Shown in pieces: positions 1 to 10,965 of a stretch of 64,000 nt of DNA. The notes under the pieces were generated by a model. It saw only the letters and a list, made by a program, of their open reading frames with translations, ran no database searches and was not told the DNA's origin. A program made the position numbers and the translations under genes. Every line of letters begins with the position of its first letter. The first letter of the stretch is position 1. This DNA is from Candidatus Woesebacteria bacterium (GTDB lineage Bacteria > Patescibacteriota > Microgenomatia > UBA8517). The stretch is from the NCBI GenBank assembly GCA_020061305.1, contig JAGUYM010000011.1:2996-66995 (forward strand), read 5' to 3'.

Positions 1-102
1 CGGTATCCCAGAGAAGTAGTTTATCTATGTGGTCAATTACGGATGTTACAGAAAACCACAACCATCTTTCTTCATTTTTAAATAATGTATGTGCCCAAAT
101 TT

Positions 103-1380
103 TCATTTTTGTCTGAAATAATGATTGAAAACGATAACAAAGGCATAAATTGCAAAAATCGTATTTGAAATTAAAAGGGCAATAGCAGGGCCCAACCCTC
201 CAAAAAGTTTAGTAAAGTAAAGATTAAAAATAAAAATCAAGGCAATTTGAATAAAGGAAAAGGTACCGATAAAAACTGGTTTCCTCATCGAATGGACAAT
301 TGCAGTTACTGCGGGAGTTGAAAAAATAAATGGTATCAAAGATACTAACAAATATTGCAATATTTTAATTGATTCAAAATATTTTTGCCCAAAAAGAACT
401 AGAACAAAAGGCTTGGCAATTATTATCCAAACAATAATCCCAAGTATTATTGGTATTGTAAACAATGTGGACTTAACTAGATACCTTCTCTCATTTTGTT
501 TATCATTAAACCTAGCAAATCTGGTTGAAAGAACCGAACTTAAACTTGAAGACAAAACAATTATAAAAGATGAAAGACGCGACGCTATTGAATACTCTCC
601 AACTACAACCGCGTTAGTTAAGTTGGCCAGCATGGTTACATCAAGTCTGCCTGAAATTGATGAAATTATTCTATTTACCCCCAACCAACCTGAGAATTTA
701 ACTAGTTCTATATATTTTCTTTTCTCAATTTTTACTTTTAAAAATTTAATTCCAATAACACTAAATCCATAAATAATTGGTAATATTGTACTTAAACCAT
801 AAGCTAAAAGGGCGGTATTTAAATTTGTAGGTAAAAAAATTATCAACGCTAAAAAGTATAAAATTCTGGGAATCCCCAAGGACCAATCAAGAAATACCGA
901 AGGCCAAAACTTTTTATAAGCCATCATTATATATGGAAAAGTTAGCCATGCAGTTAATCCGATCGAAATAAAACTAACCCAATAGGAAACACTTATATCG
1001 TTTGTGGATAAAAAATTAACTGCAACATATTTAGGTATTAAAAGTACAATCCCAGAAACAATTAATATTGATAGAAATCTAAGTATAAACGAAGCTTTAA
1101 GATATTTTTCTGCACCGGCTCTATCATTTGCGCCCAATTTAACTGAGATAAAATTAATCATCGCAGTTGTAATCCCAAGATCAGTAAAAGAGGAGATTAT
1201 AATAATTAAGTTTGCAGCAGCAGAAAAAATTCCAAATTCAGCAACAGTTAGTTTTTGAGTCAAAATATAAACAAAAATGAAACCAAAAAAGGCAGAAAAA
1301 CTATTTCCTATAAATAGTGTAAAAGTATCTTTTGATGTACCATTAAACAGAATTTTTGTGGCTTTTTCTACTAACTGCAT
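103..1380 (-). CDS. Polysaccharide biosynthesis/export protein, Wzx-like flippase (MOP superfamily)
   Basis: 425 aa and about 12 predicted TM helices. The hydrophobic pattern and layout resemble oligosaccharide flippases. It sits in a glycosylation cluster. Confidence 0.55.
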   Translation of the reverse strand: MQLVEKATKILFNGTSKDTFTLFIGNSFSAFFGFIFVYILTQKLTVAEFGIFSAAANLIIIISSFTDLGITTAMINFISVKLGANDRAGAEKYLKASFILRFLSILIVSGIVLLIPKYVAVNFLSTNDISVSYWVSFISIGLTAWLTFPYIMMAYKKFWPSVFLDWSLGIPRILYFLALIIFLPTNLNTALLAYGLSTILPIIYGFSVIGIKFLKVKIEKRKYIELVKFSGWLGVNRIISSISGRLDVTMLANLTNAVVVGEYSIASRLSSFIIVLSSSLSSVLSTRFARFNDKQNERRYLVKSTLFTIPIILGIIVWIIIAKPFVLVLFGQKYFESIKILQYLLVSLIPFIFSTPAVTAIVHSMRKPVFIGTFSFIQIALIFIFNLYFTKLFGGLGPAIALLISNTIFAIYAFVIVFNHYFRQK

Positions 1381-3721
1381 GCCCTAAGTATGACATAAAA
1401 AGTGTTAAAACTGAAACCAAACTAATATTGACTGCAGTATCTAAAATTTCTTGATCTTTAAAATAAATTTTGGAATTTATATTACTTTCATTTACCTCAA
1501 AACCATTTGTTATGGAATTAATTGGAAACGGATGACTCTCCCCCAACCGCCAGGATTTATGATAACTTTGATTTAATATCAACCATCCATTCTTAGGCTC
1601 AGAATTTATTTTTGAAACAGGCAATTTTGAATCTGAATTATATATTTTATAATTATCCAGCTCATTCCTAACTTTTTTGTAATATTGCTGATATTCATCT
1701 TCTTCAATTATTAAAATGTTCCCAATTACATTAAAACCACCATTATTTTTCAACACGAAGCCTTCAGTATCTTGACCAAAAACAATATCCTGACTAAACC
1801 ATCTAAAAATGTTTCCATCCGGAATTTTTAACTGCTTGTCATCTATTGATATACCCCTTGAATTTTTGCCAGCCAATCCTCTTATAAAGATTTTGTACTT
1901 TTTACCCCCTTCGAAATCATGTCTAACCTTTACAACTTCATTTTCTTGAGTCGATAGAATAATCCCGCTATCAAAATTTATTTCTTTAGTATCCACATCA
2001 CGAATTAAAAGTTGATACTTCCAAGTTAAATAATCATCCTTTAAATATTTACCCCAACTATTCTCCGCCAATAAAGATGGATCAATAAACTTATTTTTTA
2101 GACCTGCAATTATCAAATCATCTAAACTTTTATTATTTAAGATAAAGAAAAGTTTTTCATTTGAAATTTGTAATAGCCGTCCCAAGTCAGTTTTTCCATC
2201 TTCGATAAAAATTACTCCATACTCAGGAACTAACTTTTGTGCACCAATTGGAGAACCAACAACTACCGCCATTTTATCAATATAATATTTTTCAGGCACT
2301 GTATTTTCTAATGTAGCAATTTCTGGTTTTTTTGAAGATAAATAGACTAAATTTTTGATGCCCAAACTTCTAAAAAAGTTAAGATAATGATCTCTCTGCA
2401 TGAAATTGAATCTATCCTCTGATCCATAATTATCTACTGCAAATGGCAAATAACCGGCAAGTACTCGCCCGTCTACTGCTTGATTATTTTCTGTTTGATA
2501 GGCAAGCTGTGGCTTATGGGGAATGTATATTGTCCTTGAAAAGTTATTATCTTTTACTATATTTTTTAATTCTAAAAAATTATTAATTTCTGATTCACCT
2601 TTTAAATTATTATTTGTCCCAAAAATTAATCCGGGCACAAGAGGTATTATCAATGAGACTGGTATTAAATATATTAATAATTTATTTTTAATTCCGTCAT
2701 AATATTTAGCAACCACAAGTGAAAAAGCTAATATAAGTAATGGGAAAAATTTTGTAGAATCACGAAAGACAGATGCAAATGGAAAATTATTAATAACATA
2801 AGAATAAATTTCTCCAAAAGGACGGGATTCACCCTTAGCTAAAAATGCAAAAGACAAGAATAATATGCTTAAATAAACTTTTACCTTACTAGGCTTAATT
2901 AGATTTGACAGAATAAGTAATATCGGAAATACCAAGAATAACACATTTGGTTCAATTGTCTTGCCAAATTCATTAAATGGCCAGTGAGGTTGATATAGAA
3001 GTAATGAATCTTTTAATGTAACTAATTTTAAATTTGATATAAATGTCGGTGCCTCAATAGTGACTAGTTTAATTATTGGATATATCCAATAAAAATTTAT
3101 TAACATAACAAAGGTTAAGGTTAAGACTAACTTAAAAATTTTTGAAAATTCAAATTTTGACAATAATAATCCAAGAGTTAAAGACAGCATCAAAAAACGC
3201 GGATCAAAAATTGCAATTAGTGACAAAAATGAAAGTGTCTTAAAAAATTTAAAATTAGTAATTGCCTCAACTGCCAGTGGCAGTATTGAATAGGCAAGCA
3301 TGACACCCAATTGTCCGCCATCAATCAAAAGAATAAAATAAGTATTGAAAACATATATTAAACCCATTAGAAATTGACCGTTATTTTTATACCCCAATGA
3401 TTTAGCTAATTTCTGCGCTGAATAAATTGATAAAAATATGCCGGGCAAGTAAAAAAACAATCTAACTAATATATTCCAATCAAGATTTAACAAGTTACCC
3501 ACAAAACCGGCAAGATAAGTCACAGGATATAACCATAAAATTAGGTGCAAGCCACCGAATGGAGTGTCGTACGATCCCCAAATATTTATTTTATTTGTTA
3601 AATCAAAATAAGCTTCTTTGTAAAAATAAACCGAATCCAAATCTACTAAATAATTGAATGAAAATATACCTGAAAAAACCAAGGTTGACAAAACAACCAA
3701 AATTAAATTTTTGTATTTCAT
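1343..3721 (-). CDS. Large polytopic membrane protein with a C-terminal soluble domain; putative GT-C-type glycosyltransferase
   Basis: 792 aa. The N-terminal half is multi-TM and the C-terminal roughly 400 aa are hydrophilic. This is the layout of extracytoplasmic polyprenol-P-dependent transferases. I did not recognise a family. Confidence 0.35.
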   Translation of the reverse strand: MKYKNLILVVLSTLVFSGIFSFNYLVDLDSVYFYKEAYFDLTNKINIWGSYDTPFGGLHLILWLYPVTYLAGFVGNLLNLDWNILVRLFFYLPGIFLSIYSAQKLAKSLGYKNNGQFLMGLIYVFNTYFILLIDGGQLGVMLAYSILPLAVEAITNFKFFKTLSFLSLIAIFDPRFLMLSLTLGLLLSKFEFSKIFKLVLTLTFVMLINFYWIYPIIKLVTIEAPTFISNLKLVTLKDSLLLYQPHWPFNEFGKTIEPNVLFLVFPILLILSNLIKPSKVKVYLSILFLSFAFLAKGESRPFGEIYSYVINNFPFASVFRDSTKFFPLLILAFSLVVAKYYDGIKNKLLIYLIPVSLIIPLVPGLIFGTNNNLKGESEINNFLELKNIVKDNNFSRTIYIPHKPQLAYQTENNQAVDGRVLAGYLPFAVDNYGSEDRFNFMQRDHYLNFFRSLGIKNLVYLSSKKPEIATLENTVPEKYYIDKMAVVVGSPIGAQKLVPEYGVIFIEDGKTDLGRLLQISNEKLFFILNNKSLDDLIIAGLKNKFIDPSLLAENSWGKYLKDDYLTWKYQLLIRDVDTKEINFDSGIILSTQENEVVKVRHDFEGGKKYKIFIRGLAGKNSRGISIDDKQLKIPDGNIFRWFSQDIVFGQDTEGFVLKNNGGFNVIGNILIIEEDEYQQYYKKVRNELDNYKIYNSDSKLPVSKINSEPKNGWLILNQSYHKSWRLGESHPFPINSITNGFEVNESNINSKIYFKDQEILDTAVNISLVSVLTLFMSYLGHAVSRKSHKNSV

Positions 3722-4074
3722 TTTTTCTTTACAGTTTCAACAATTAAAAGCACCAGACCAACAATCAAGCTTTCGAATGTGTAAACTGCGGTTCTTTCTG
3801 CCCAAATATCAATTTTTAGTAATTTAATTAAACATGCAAATATCCAAAATAATAATGATATAAAAAACATCATCCTACTATTAAAATTTAGCAAAAATAT
3901 AGACAAAATAAGTATTAAAAATACAATAAAATTAACTGAAATTTCAAAAAATGGGTGAAAATATCCAGCAGACCTCATCAAGACCATAAACACAAGTAAG
4001 GTGTTCAAAATAAGCATATTAAATAAATACTTTTCTCCCCATTTACGCACTTTATTTTTTATTTTTGTAGCCAT
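3718..4074 (-). CDS. Small 4-TM membrane protein, possible GtrA-like flippase component
   Basis: 118 aa with four predicted TM helices. The segment LLNFNSRMMFF loosely resembles the GtrA-family N(R/K)xWTF motif. The assignment is weak. Confidence 0.3.
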   Translation of the reverse strand: MATKIKNKVRKWGEKYLFNMLILNTLLVFMVLMRSAGYFHPFFEISVNFIVFLILILSIFLLNFNSRMMFFISLLFWIFACLIKLLKIDIWAERTAVYTFESLIVGLVLLIVETVKKK

Positions 4075-7000
4075 ATCTTAAATAGAGATAATATTATTGT
4101 AAAAATAGTAAATGTTGAAATAGCAACTCCTAAAATAAAATGTCTTTGTGGGAAATAGATTATCTCAAATCTATAATCTATTCCTCCGGTATCGATAAAC
4201 CAGGCATTGGAATATGAATCAATTGTAAAATGTTCCTCTACGAATCTAATTTTTGAACCATTCAAATCCGTCACCTCAAGTTTCCAGTCAGGAGAATAGT
4301 TTTCGGCAAAAACCAAAACATTCGGACCAGTAACTTTTGTTACCTGGCCAGTATGTTTTACGGGGGTTGAGCTGGTTAGATTAACTTTCGGTTGCTGACT
4401 ATTGTCATCAATTACACTAGGTTCTGATATAAAAAATAAATCATTCATAAAAAGTTTGTAAACTCTTAAATTGTCATAAGCAACTCTAGTACCCAAGGAA
4501 TTATTTATAAAAGGAGCAGCTAAAGAAATTGTCATTTTGGATTCTGTTTTTACGGGTTCATAATAAAAATTAAAATTTGTTCTGTCTAAATAACTGGGTA
4601 GGTTTTCTGTTTGAGTCTTAATCAAATTTTCACTTCTCTGTTGATAGACATAGACAGTAGACATGTTTCCATGACTCCATTCATAGTCTAATTGGATAAA
4701 ATAAGGATTATTGAAATCAAAATCTTCTAATTCAAAATCAGCTGAAACATCAATGTCCCCCCTATTTAAAATACTTAATTGTTTATTGCCATTATTTTCA
4801 GTGATTGTTAACTCAGCTTTATCATTTTGGTGTGTTTTTTTATAGTTAATTTGTCCCTCAAAATTTTCGAATTTTATTAAATTTGAGGAGGTATCATACA
4901 CCACTTCGTGTAATCCTTTACTTAAATATATTTTATTAAAAAATATGTGAGAATCAGTTATTTTTTGTACGGGCCAGCTTTCATCAATAGAATTATGAAC
5001 AACATCGATTTTAGTCAAATTTTCTGATAAATCATAATTTTCTATAATTGGTAAATAATAACCATCTTCATCTATACTGAATGTAAACTTAACTTCTGTC
5101 ATGTTTTGTGCCGTAATTCTGTTTAAAGTTATATTTGGAAGTTTTTGGTGCTTGTTGTAGTTATCTTTTTGTGAGTTATTTGAAACAATAATTTTACCCG
5201 CAGGAATCTTATTAGGAAATATTTTCGATGTAACATTATCCTTGCTATTTAATAAATGTTGATCTATACCCAAAATTGATAACGCCTTTACAGCGTAATC
5301 ATTATTATCACCGCTAAACCGATAATAAAAATTATTAGCCAAAAATATTTTAGGTAAACTGATTGTTTTTTCATTTAAAAAATAAATGTTCCATTTCTCG
5401 AAATTAACTTTTTTAAGCCGGTCAAAAGAACCAGATAGCTCAGGTGATAAAGTATGCTGATCTTTCTTTTCAAGGATAATTGTTGCGTTTAATTTATTGG
5501 CCAAATTAAAAACAGAGCTAAACCTGTCTTTTCTGATATTTTCATACAAAAGTTGAATAATTTGATTTATTTCTGTACCAGTGTTGTTAATTCCCGAAAA
5601 CAAAACTTCTTTATCTATAAATAAACTCACTACCGGCTCAACACCCGTATAACCCCATTTGTATTTTTCCAGCTGGTCATCGGGATAAGTTATAATTCTA
5701 CCAGAATTTAGATTTTCCAAATAATTTGCACTATCAAAAAGATAGTCAGGAAAATTTACAAAAAAGCCATTTGAACTGTTTGGTCTAAATATTTTTCCAG
5801 TTATCAGGGGGTAACTGTAAAACAAATTACCAACAATTAAAATCCATGCAATAAATTTGATATAAATACTATTATTGTGTTTTTCAATCAATAATGCTAT
5901 TAGCCCCGCCATAGATAGTGTTACAAAAAGGGTAAAAATATACCAAGGGCTTCTAAAAAGAGAAAAATAAGGAAGGTGTTCTGCTAACCATTTAAAAATT
6001 ATTCCTGTGGGTTCGTGAGTTCCAGAACCTAAAAATATCCCTAGCATCAACATTATCGCAAAAGGAATATAAAATCTTAATTTCTTTTTATCTATGTATA
6101 CTAATGAAATTAGAGCTAGTGATGGAACAATAAAACTAAATATCAAAAATGGAAATCTATAAAAATAATTTACTACATAAGGCAGATATATTGGCAATTT
6201 TGACACACTATCAAATGTATACCAATCCCAAGCTCCCTGTAGTCTCATAATATTTAATATACTGGTATTAGCAGAAAGAGAATCAATCCAATTATTAAAA
6301 CCAATTGAAGTAATACTTGAATTTTGTGTAACACTTCTTAATACAAAGCTTATTGTTGGAAATATCCAATAAGAACTGATCGCGAAGATAATTCCGATAA
6401 TAAAAGTAAGTATCTTACTAACTTTCTTAATATTGTTATCGACAATGGCAAAAGAAATTGCGAATATAATAAAGGTTAATAGTGCAGTTATAAAATAGGC
6501 AGGGTTGATGCCGGCACCAGATAATATCAAACTTGTAAAAACCAGCAAAACAGACGCTTTGGATTTACTCATTGAGTCCAGATACAACCCCATGAAAATA
6601 TGTAAAAGCAATGGAACTCCCGCCACCAATGATAAATTCGACACTTTTACATTTTCCCAACTATTAAACATATAGATATTCAAGCTATATAAACAGACAA
6701 AGAGAATTCTAGTTAGTTGTGCTTTAAATAAATTCTTTGAAAAAATGTAAGAACTTACAACAATTGTGGCAAACCAAAACACTAAACTGGTTTTTTCAAC
6801 CATCTGAAGAGATAATCCTATTATATATGGGACAAACTGTACTAAATGGAAAAATATTCCAGCTGGAGCAAACGAAAAATCAGATCCACCATTGCTCAAA
6901 TTATTCCACATATAAAATCTCCTAATTAGCCATAGCTTAGGGTTAAGTGGAAAATTCGTATCAACTCCGTTGATAATTGCGTCCCCCTTACCAAAAAACC

Positions 7001-7085
7001 AAATTATTGGTATAAGTGACAACAAAACCAGCACAAAAACATGCCAATATTTCTTACATAAATTAATTAATTTATTTTTTAACAC
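4059..7085 (-). CDS. Large GT-C-like membrane glycosyltransferase, AftD/DUF3367-like (putative)
   Basis: 1008 aa. The N-terminus GVDTNFPLNPKLWLIRRFYMWNN...GGSDFSFAPAGIFF loosely matches the start of AftD-family arabinofuranosyltransferase-like proteins. It has many TM helices and a large C-terminal domain. Confidence 0.35.
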   Translation of the reverse strand: MLKNKLINLCKKYWHVFVLVLLSLIPIIWFFGKGDAIINGVDTNFPLNPKLWLIRRFYMWNNLSNGGSDFSFAPAGIFFHLVQFVPYIIGLSLQMVEKTSLVFWFATIVVSSYIFSKNLFKAQLTRILFVCLYSLNIYMFNSWENVKVSNLSLVAGVPLLLHIFMGLYLDSMSKSKASVLLVFTSLILSGAGINPAYFITALLTFIIFAISFAIVDNNIKKVSKILTFIIGIIFAISSYWIFPTISFVLRSVTQNSSITSIGFNNWIDSLSANTSILNIMRLQGAWDWYTFDSVSKLPIYLPYVVNYFYRFPFLIFSFIVPSLALISLVYIDKKKLRFYIPFAIMLMLGIFLGSGTHEPTGIIFKWLAEHLPYFSLFRSPWYIFTLFVTLSMAGLIALLIEKHNNSIYIKFIAWILIVGNLFYSYPLITGKIFRPNSSNGFFVNFPDYLFDSANYLENLNSGRIITYPDDQLEKYKWGYTGVEPVVSLFIDKEVLFSGINNTGTEINQIIQLLYENIRKDRFSSVFNLANKLNATIILEKKDQHTLSPELSGSFDRLKKVNFEKWNIYFLNEKTISLPKIFLANNFYYRFSGDNNDYAVKALSILGIDQHLLNSKDNVTSKIFPNKIPAGKIIVSNNSQKDNYNKHQKLPNITLNRITAQNMTEVKFTFSIDEDGYYLPIIENYDLSENLTKIDVVHNSIDESWPVQKITDSHIFFNKIYLSKGLHEVVYDTSSNLIKFENFEGQINYKKTHQNDKAELTITENNGNKQLSILNRGDIDVSADFELEDFDFNNPYFIQLDYEWSHGNMSTVYVYQQRSENLIKTQTENLPSYLDRTNFNFYYEPVKTESKMTISLAAPFINNSLGTRVAYDNLRVYKLFMNDLFFISEPSVIDDNSQQPKVNLTSSTPVKHTGQVTKVTGPNVLVFAENYSPDWKLEVTDLNGSKIRFVEEHFTIDSYSNAWFIDTGGIDYRFEIIYFPQRHFILGVAISTFTIFTIILSLFKIWLQK

Positions 7086-8700
7086 TTTTTAGTTTTAATC
7101 TAATTTCGTTAGTTATATTTACTAACTTTTCTTGTTTACTGTCCCAAGAATAGGCAACAACTGATTCTACTGGCAGATTATATTCTTTAATTGTGTCTTT
7201 TAGCAAATCAAAATCTCTAAAATACCCAAATCCACGACCGTCAATTTCTTTGTATCCCTGACTATCAATTGGCCACAGATAGGCATTGTCAAAAAATTCA
7301 ATGGGGAAATTTTCATAGTCATTAAACCAAACCAAAAGTGTTTGACCAAATCCTGATTGAAAAGGTAAAATTTTTACTGCATCTGGCAAGCCATAATAAC
7401 TGGTATCACTTTCTATATAAAATATCTGTCTATCTTTAAGTTTCAAATTATCTCTGGATATTTGATTTAAAATGTTTAGTCTATTTTTGCCAACTTCTGA
7501 TATACCCTGCAACTCAATCCTTGTGATTAACATATTAAAAACTACAAATATAGATAAAGTCGCCGCCGACCATTTCCAATTTTTGAATAAAGAGGCAATA
7601 GAAACAATAAAAAAGATCATTCCAATTGAAGGCATATATAAATTTCTCGAATCAATTATTGGCACAAAGCCAGATCTCCCCGGTGATAATGCATAAATTG
7701 CACTATTTGCACCTACAAACAAAAGGCTTAGTAATGCAATCACTGCAAGATTTCTTTTCTTATACTTTATGGCAAAGATAGATATTAGAACTGTAAATCC
7801 AAACACTATATTGGTTAACAAACTAAGAATATATTTAAGATAAAAATTATCAAAATATGTAGTTCCGGGTGCACCTGCAATACCATCTGGTAATTTATCT
7901 GCGATAAATTTTGATGTTTCCAAAAATACATATGGAGGAATAAATGTTTGAGAAATACCCTTTATTGGGAATGTGGCAATATTAAATAATATTTCAGATT
8001 GTGATTGCGATTCAGTTACAACTGGTGCCGTAATATCTGAGAATATTCCAAGAAAGGTAAGATAACGAAAAACAACATAAAACAAGGCAACAGCTACAAA
8101 ATATATCATTCGTTTATCAAAAAGTCTTTTTTTGGCAAAGTAGTTTTGGAATAATATTAAAATCGGATAAAATGCAAACATACCAATTGCAATTTCTTTA
8201 AACAACATCGATAGTATTAGCATTAAAATAGAAAGGAATAGCTTCGCTTCAAGGAAATAGATTAAAGACAATAAAACCAAAGTTGTCGCCCCCTGTGTTG
8301 ATCCATTTGCAACAACCCATGACGTAGCCTGTTGACCTGAAGCAAAAACAGCAAACAAAATGCCACTAAAAACTGCCTGCCAATCCTCCTTGAACATCTT
8401 CTTTGCTAAATGAAAAACAAGATACGAATTTAAAATATGCCAAACAATACTAACCATGGCCCAATTAAAATAATTAAATTTAAAAAAATATGTCAACACA
8501 GCAAATAAAATTCGGGTAAAAGGAACATAGTGGCCAGGATCAGGTATCAGGGCTTTAAAAATATAATTGTCATACCCTGATAAATATATTTCAGCAAAAG
8601 CAGACCATTCATCTTGCTGAAAGAAGTTATTAAAAATTGGAATATAAAGTAAAACAACTAAAATGCTCAAAATTAAAAATGGTAATATTTTTTTAATCAT
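7072..8700 (-). CDS. Polytopic membrane protein, GT-C-like glycosyltransferase (family not resolved)
   Basis: 542 aa and about 12 TM helices, with a hydrophilic C-terminal roughly 150 aa. It has an N-terminal QQDEW motif. Its start overlaps the upstream gene. Confidence 0.4.
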   Translation of the reverse strand: MIKKILPFLILSILVVLLYIPIFNNFFQQDEWSAFAEIYLSGYDNYIFKALIPDPGHYVPFTRILFAVLTYFFKFNYFNWAMVSIVWHILNSYLVFHLAKKMFKEDWQAVFSGILFAVFASGQQATSWVVANGSTQGATTLVLLSLIYFLEAKLFLSILMLILSMLFKEIAIGMFAFYPILILFQNYFAKKRLFDKRMIYFVAVALFYVVFRYLTFLGIFSDITAPVVTESQSQSEILFNIATFPIKGISQTFIPPYVFLETSKFIADKLPDGIAGAPGTTYFDNFYLKYILSLLTNIVFGFTVLISIFAIKYKKRNLAVIALLSLLFVGANSAIYALSPGRSGFVPIIDSRNLYMPSIGMIFFIVSIASLFKNWKWSAATLSIFVVFNMLITRIELQGISEVGKNRLNILNQISRDNLKLKDRQIFYIESDTSYYGLPDAVKILPFQSGFGQTLLVWFNDYENFPIEFFDNAYLWPIDSQGYKEIDGRGFGYFRDFDLLKDTIKEYNLPVESVVAYSWDSKQEKLVNITNEIRLKLKSVKK

Positions 8701-8739
8701 TTACTAATTGTTAATTGCATTACATTATATATATAAAAT

Positions 8740-9432
8740 ATGAATGAATCTACCAGACGAAAGGTTAATTTAGATTTTGATCAAGAACCATCATTTCATC
8801 ATAAATTCAATTTAAAATTTGCACTTCCATATATAAAACATAAGAAGGTTTTAGATATTGGATGTTGGACTGGACAATTTGAAATGTTGGCTGCTTCACA
8901 TGCCAAAGAAATTTGGGGTATTGATCCTGGTGTAGAGGCTATAAAAATGGCCAAAAAATTGATCCCGAAAGCTAATTTCAAAACAGGTAATGCTCTAGAC
9001 CTTAAATTTAAAAACAAATATTTTGATACTGTAACACTAATGGATGTAATTGAACACATTCCAAAAGGGACTGAAGAAAAGTGTATAAAGGAGATTAATA
9101 GGGTTTTAAAACCAAACGGACATTTGATCATTTCAACACCTCACTCTCACCCACTCTCTACATTTTTAGACCCCGCATATTATTTAATAGGCCACAGGCA
9201 CTATTCTGAAAATTTTTTAAAAATGTTACTAGAAAATAATAATTTTAAAATAGTTAAAATTAAAAAAACTGGAAGAGTTTATAGAATACTAACAACTTTG
9301 ATGGAATATTTTTTTAAACATATATTAAAAGCTAAATTTAATATTCCAAAATGGCTCAAAAATAAAATTAAAGATGAATATAAAAGTAAAAATGCCTTTG
9401 CTCAAATAAATGTCGTTGCAATAAAAAAATAA
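8740..9432 (+). CDS. Class I SAM-dependent methyltransferase
   Basis: Motif I VLDIGCWTGQF, and a post-motif block LKPNGHLIISTPHS typical of Methyltransf_11/23-type enzymes. Confidence 0.7.
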   Translation: MNESTRRKVNLDFDQEPSFHHKFNLKFALPYIKHKKVLDIGCWTGQFEMLAASHAKEIWGIDPGVEAIKMAKKLIPKANFKTGNALDLKFKNKYFDTVTLMDVIEHIPKGTEEKCIKEINRVLKPNGHLIISTPHSHPLSTFLDPAYYLIGHRHYSENFLKMLLENNNFKIVKIKKTGRVYRILTTLMEYFFKHILKAKFNIPKWLKNKIKDEYKSKNAFAQINVVAIKK

Positions 9433-9434
9433 TT

Positions 9435-10190
9435 TCATATTTTTTTGCACTCAGCCACAAAAGAGTATGATAAATTGCTCAGCTTTATTTTTTGGTCAAC
9501 GCGTGCCAACCAAATAATAAATTTGCTCTCTTTCTTAAAAAGAGCAAAATATAGAAAATCAATTGCCAATATAATTGGCAATGTTAATGAATATAACCAA
9601 TGTCGTGTTAATTTAAACTTATTTCCCAAAAGTTTTATTAGATCTTTTTTAGAATAATGAGTATGAGAATCCCTCCCCAATGTAATATCGCCAATCATTC
9701 CTTGTTTCTTTTTTAACACAAATTCTTTTCTATATTCTTTTTCACCATAAAAATATTTATATAAAATCCGATGTAAATTAGGGAACAAAAACTTAATATT
9801 TCCAGTGTCTAAAAATCCAAACAAACCTTTGTTCAAACCATATATATATAAAGTTCCATTCTTTTTTAAGACCCTATGGATCTCGGACAATGTTTCTCTC
9901 TCATCTAAAACATGTTCTAAAACCCCCATCATCGTCACACAATCAAAAAAGTTTGACTTATATGGAATTTTTTCTCCTATACCAACTAATGAATAGTTTG
10001 CTTTTTGCTGTTTGTTTTTTAGTTTTTTAATAACAAGTGCATCTGCGTCACACGCATAAACTATTCTATTCTTTGAACACAAATTCTCAGAAAAACTACC
10101 ATTTCCACACCCAAAATCCAATATTTTTTTAGCACTATTAGGAATAGCTTTCATCACAATTTCTTCGCATAAAAAATCTTTATTATTCAT
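9435..10190 (-). CDS. Class I SAM-dependent methyltransferase
   Basis: Motif I ILDFGCGNGSF, followed by LKKNGTLYIYG. Confidence 0.7.
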   Translation of the reverse strand: MNNKDFLCEEIVMKAIPNSAKKILDFGCGNGSFSENLCSKNRIVYACDADALVIKKLKNKQQKANYSLVGIGEKIPYKSNFFDCVTMMGVLEHVLDERETLSEIHRVLKKNGTLYIYGLNKGLFGFLDTGNIKFLFPNLHRILYKYFYGEKEYRKEFVLKKKQGMIGDITLGRDSHTHYSKKDLIKLLGNKFKLTRHWLYSLTLPIILAIDFLYFALFKKESKFIIWLARVDQKIKLSNLSYSFVAECKKI

Positions 10191-10192
10191 AA

Positions 10193-10933
10193 TTAACTTT
10201 TCTGCGCAACAACAAACAAATCTGATGAAAGGCTTGGGAAATTTGAAAAAAGCTTGTCAAACAACTTCATATATTTAGGCAAATATTCGACCTCACCACC
10301 TCTTACTAAAACAGGATTAAATCCATAATATTCCAACAAATCGATTAAAGCTTTTAAAGTGAAAACTCTAATATGACCCAGCGAGGCTCTATTTTTAGTT
10401 AAATTTTGTGTAAACTTTAACCCCAAAGTTTTATCTTCATTGCTTACTTCTGTAAAAAAGGGTTGATAGCCAAACATAAAAATTATTCTATTAAACCATG
10501 CGGCCATGTTTGGGGTAGACAAATATAGTAATCCATCATTTTTTAAAACCCTTTTGGATTCTCTAATAAAATTATCAGTATCAAAAATGTGCTCTATCAC
10601 CTGTGAACTCACAATGTAATCGAAAGATTTTGATTTATAAGGCCATTTCTCATTAAGGTCGCCTCGTTTTACCAGTATTCCGTTTTGTCTAGCCTTTGAA
10701 ATTGCTACATTAGACAATTCCATCCCAAAAACATCAACCTTAAATTTATTTTTAATAAACGACCCCAATACACCTATTCCACATCCAGGTTCAAAAACCT
10801 TTGAATTCTTTTTTGGATTAAATTGTGTCTTGTAAAGAAAATATTCTGCTTGCTTACTTTTTTGTTTAACTATAATTGGATCGTTATAGTGCTTATCGTA
10901 AATATCTAAGTTTGTTTGATTTTTATTCGTCAT
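10193..10933 (-). CDS. Class I SAM-dependent methyltransferase
   Basis: Motif I VFEPGCGIGVLG, followed by LKNDGLLYLSTPN. Confidence 0.7.
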   Translation of the reverse strand: MTNKNQTNLDIYDKHYNDPIIVKQKSKQAEYFLYKTQFNPKKNSKVFEPGCGIGVLGSFIKNKFKVDVFGMELSNVAISKARQNGILVKRGDLNEKWPYKSKSFDYIVSSQVIEHIFDTDNFIRESKRVLKNDGLLYLSTPNMAAWFNRIIFMFGYQPFFTEVSNEDKTLGLKFTQNLTKNRASLGHIRVFTLKALIDLLEYYGFNPVLVRGGEVEYLPKYMKLFDKLFSNFPSLSSDLFVVAQKS

Positions 10934-10965
10934 ACATCTAGTATATCAAATATATTAAAGGTATT

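Noticed and set aside
1-102. A feature in the first 100 bp
   Set aside because: It is too short and lies downstream of the stop of 103..1380. There is no ORF or motif I could support.
413-772. Short antisense ORFs nested inside long CDSs: 413..772, 1004..1258, 6737..6925, 7472..7696, 8799..9131, 9445..9657, 9805..9996, 11090..11284, 12485..12763, 12980..13228, 19886..20149, 21115..21486, 21933..22118, 22134..22379, 23998..24267, 27174..27422, 31249..31458, 33231..33485, 36032..36256, 36885..37199, 37913..38122, 38513..38731, 38846..39109, 39632..39955, 39787..39969, 42975..43181, 43551..43736, 45390..45635, 45587..45781, 45873..46064, 52748..52930, 54506..54718, 57252..57524, 59477..59701, 60509..60733, 61603..62010, 61877..62083
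   Set aside because: Each lies wholly within a much longer ORF that has clear family motifs, either opposite-strand or alternate-frame. Their composition is low-complexity with no recognisable motifs. In AT-rich DNA such ORFs arise by chance, so I do not call them genes.
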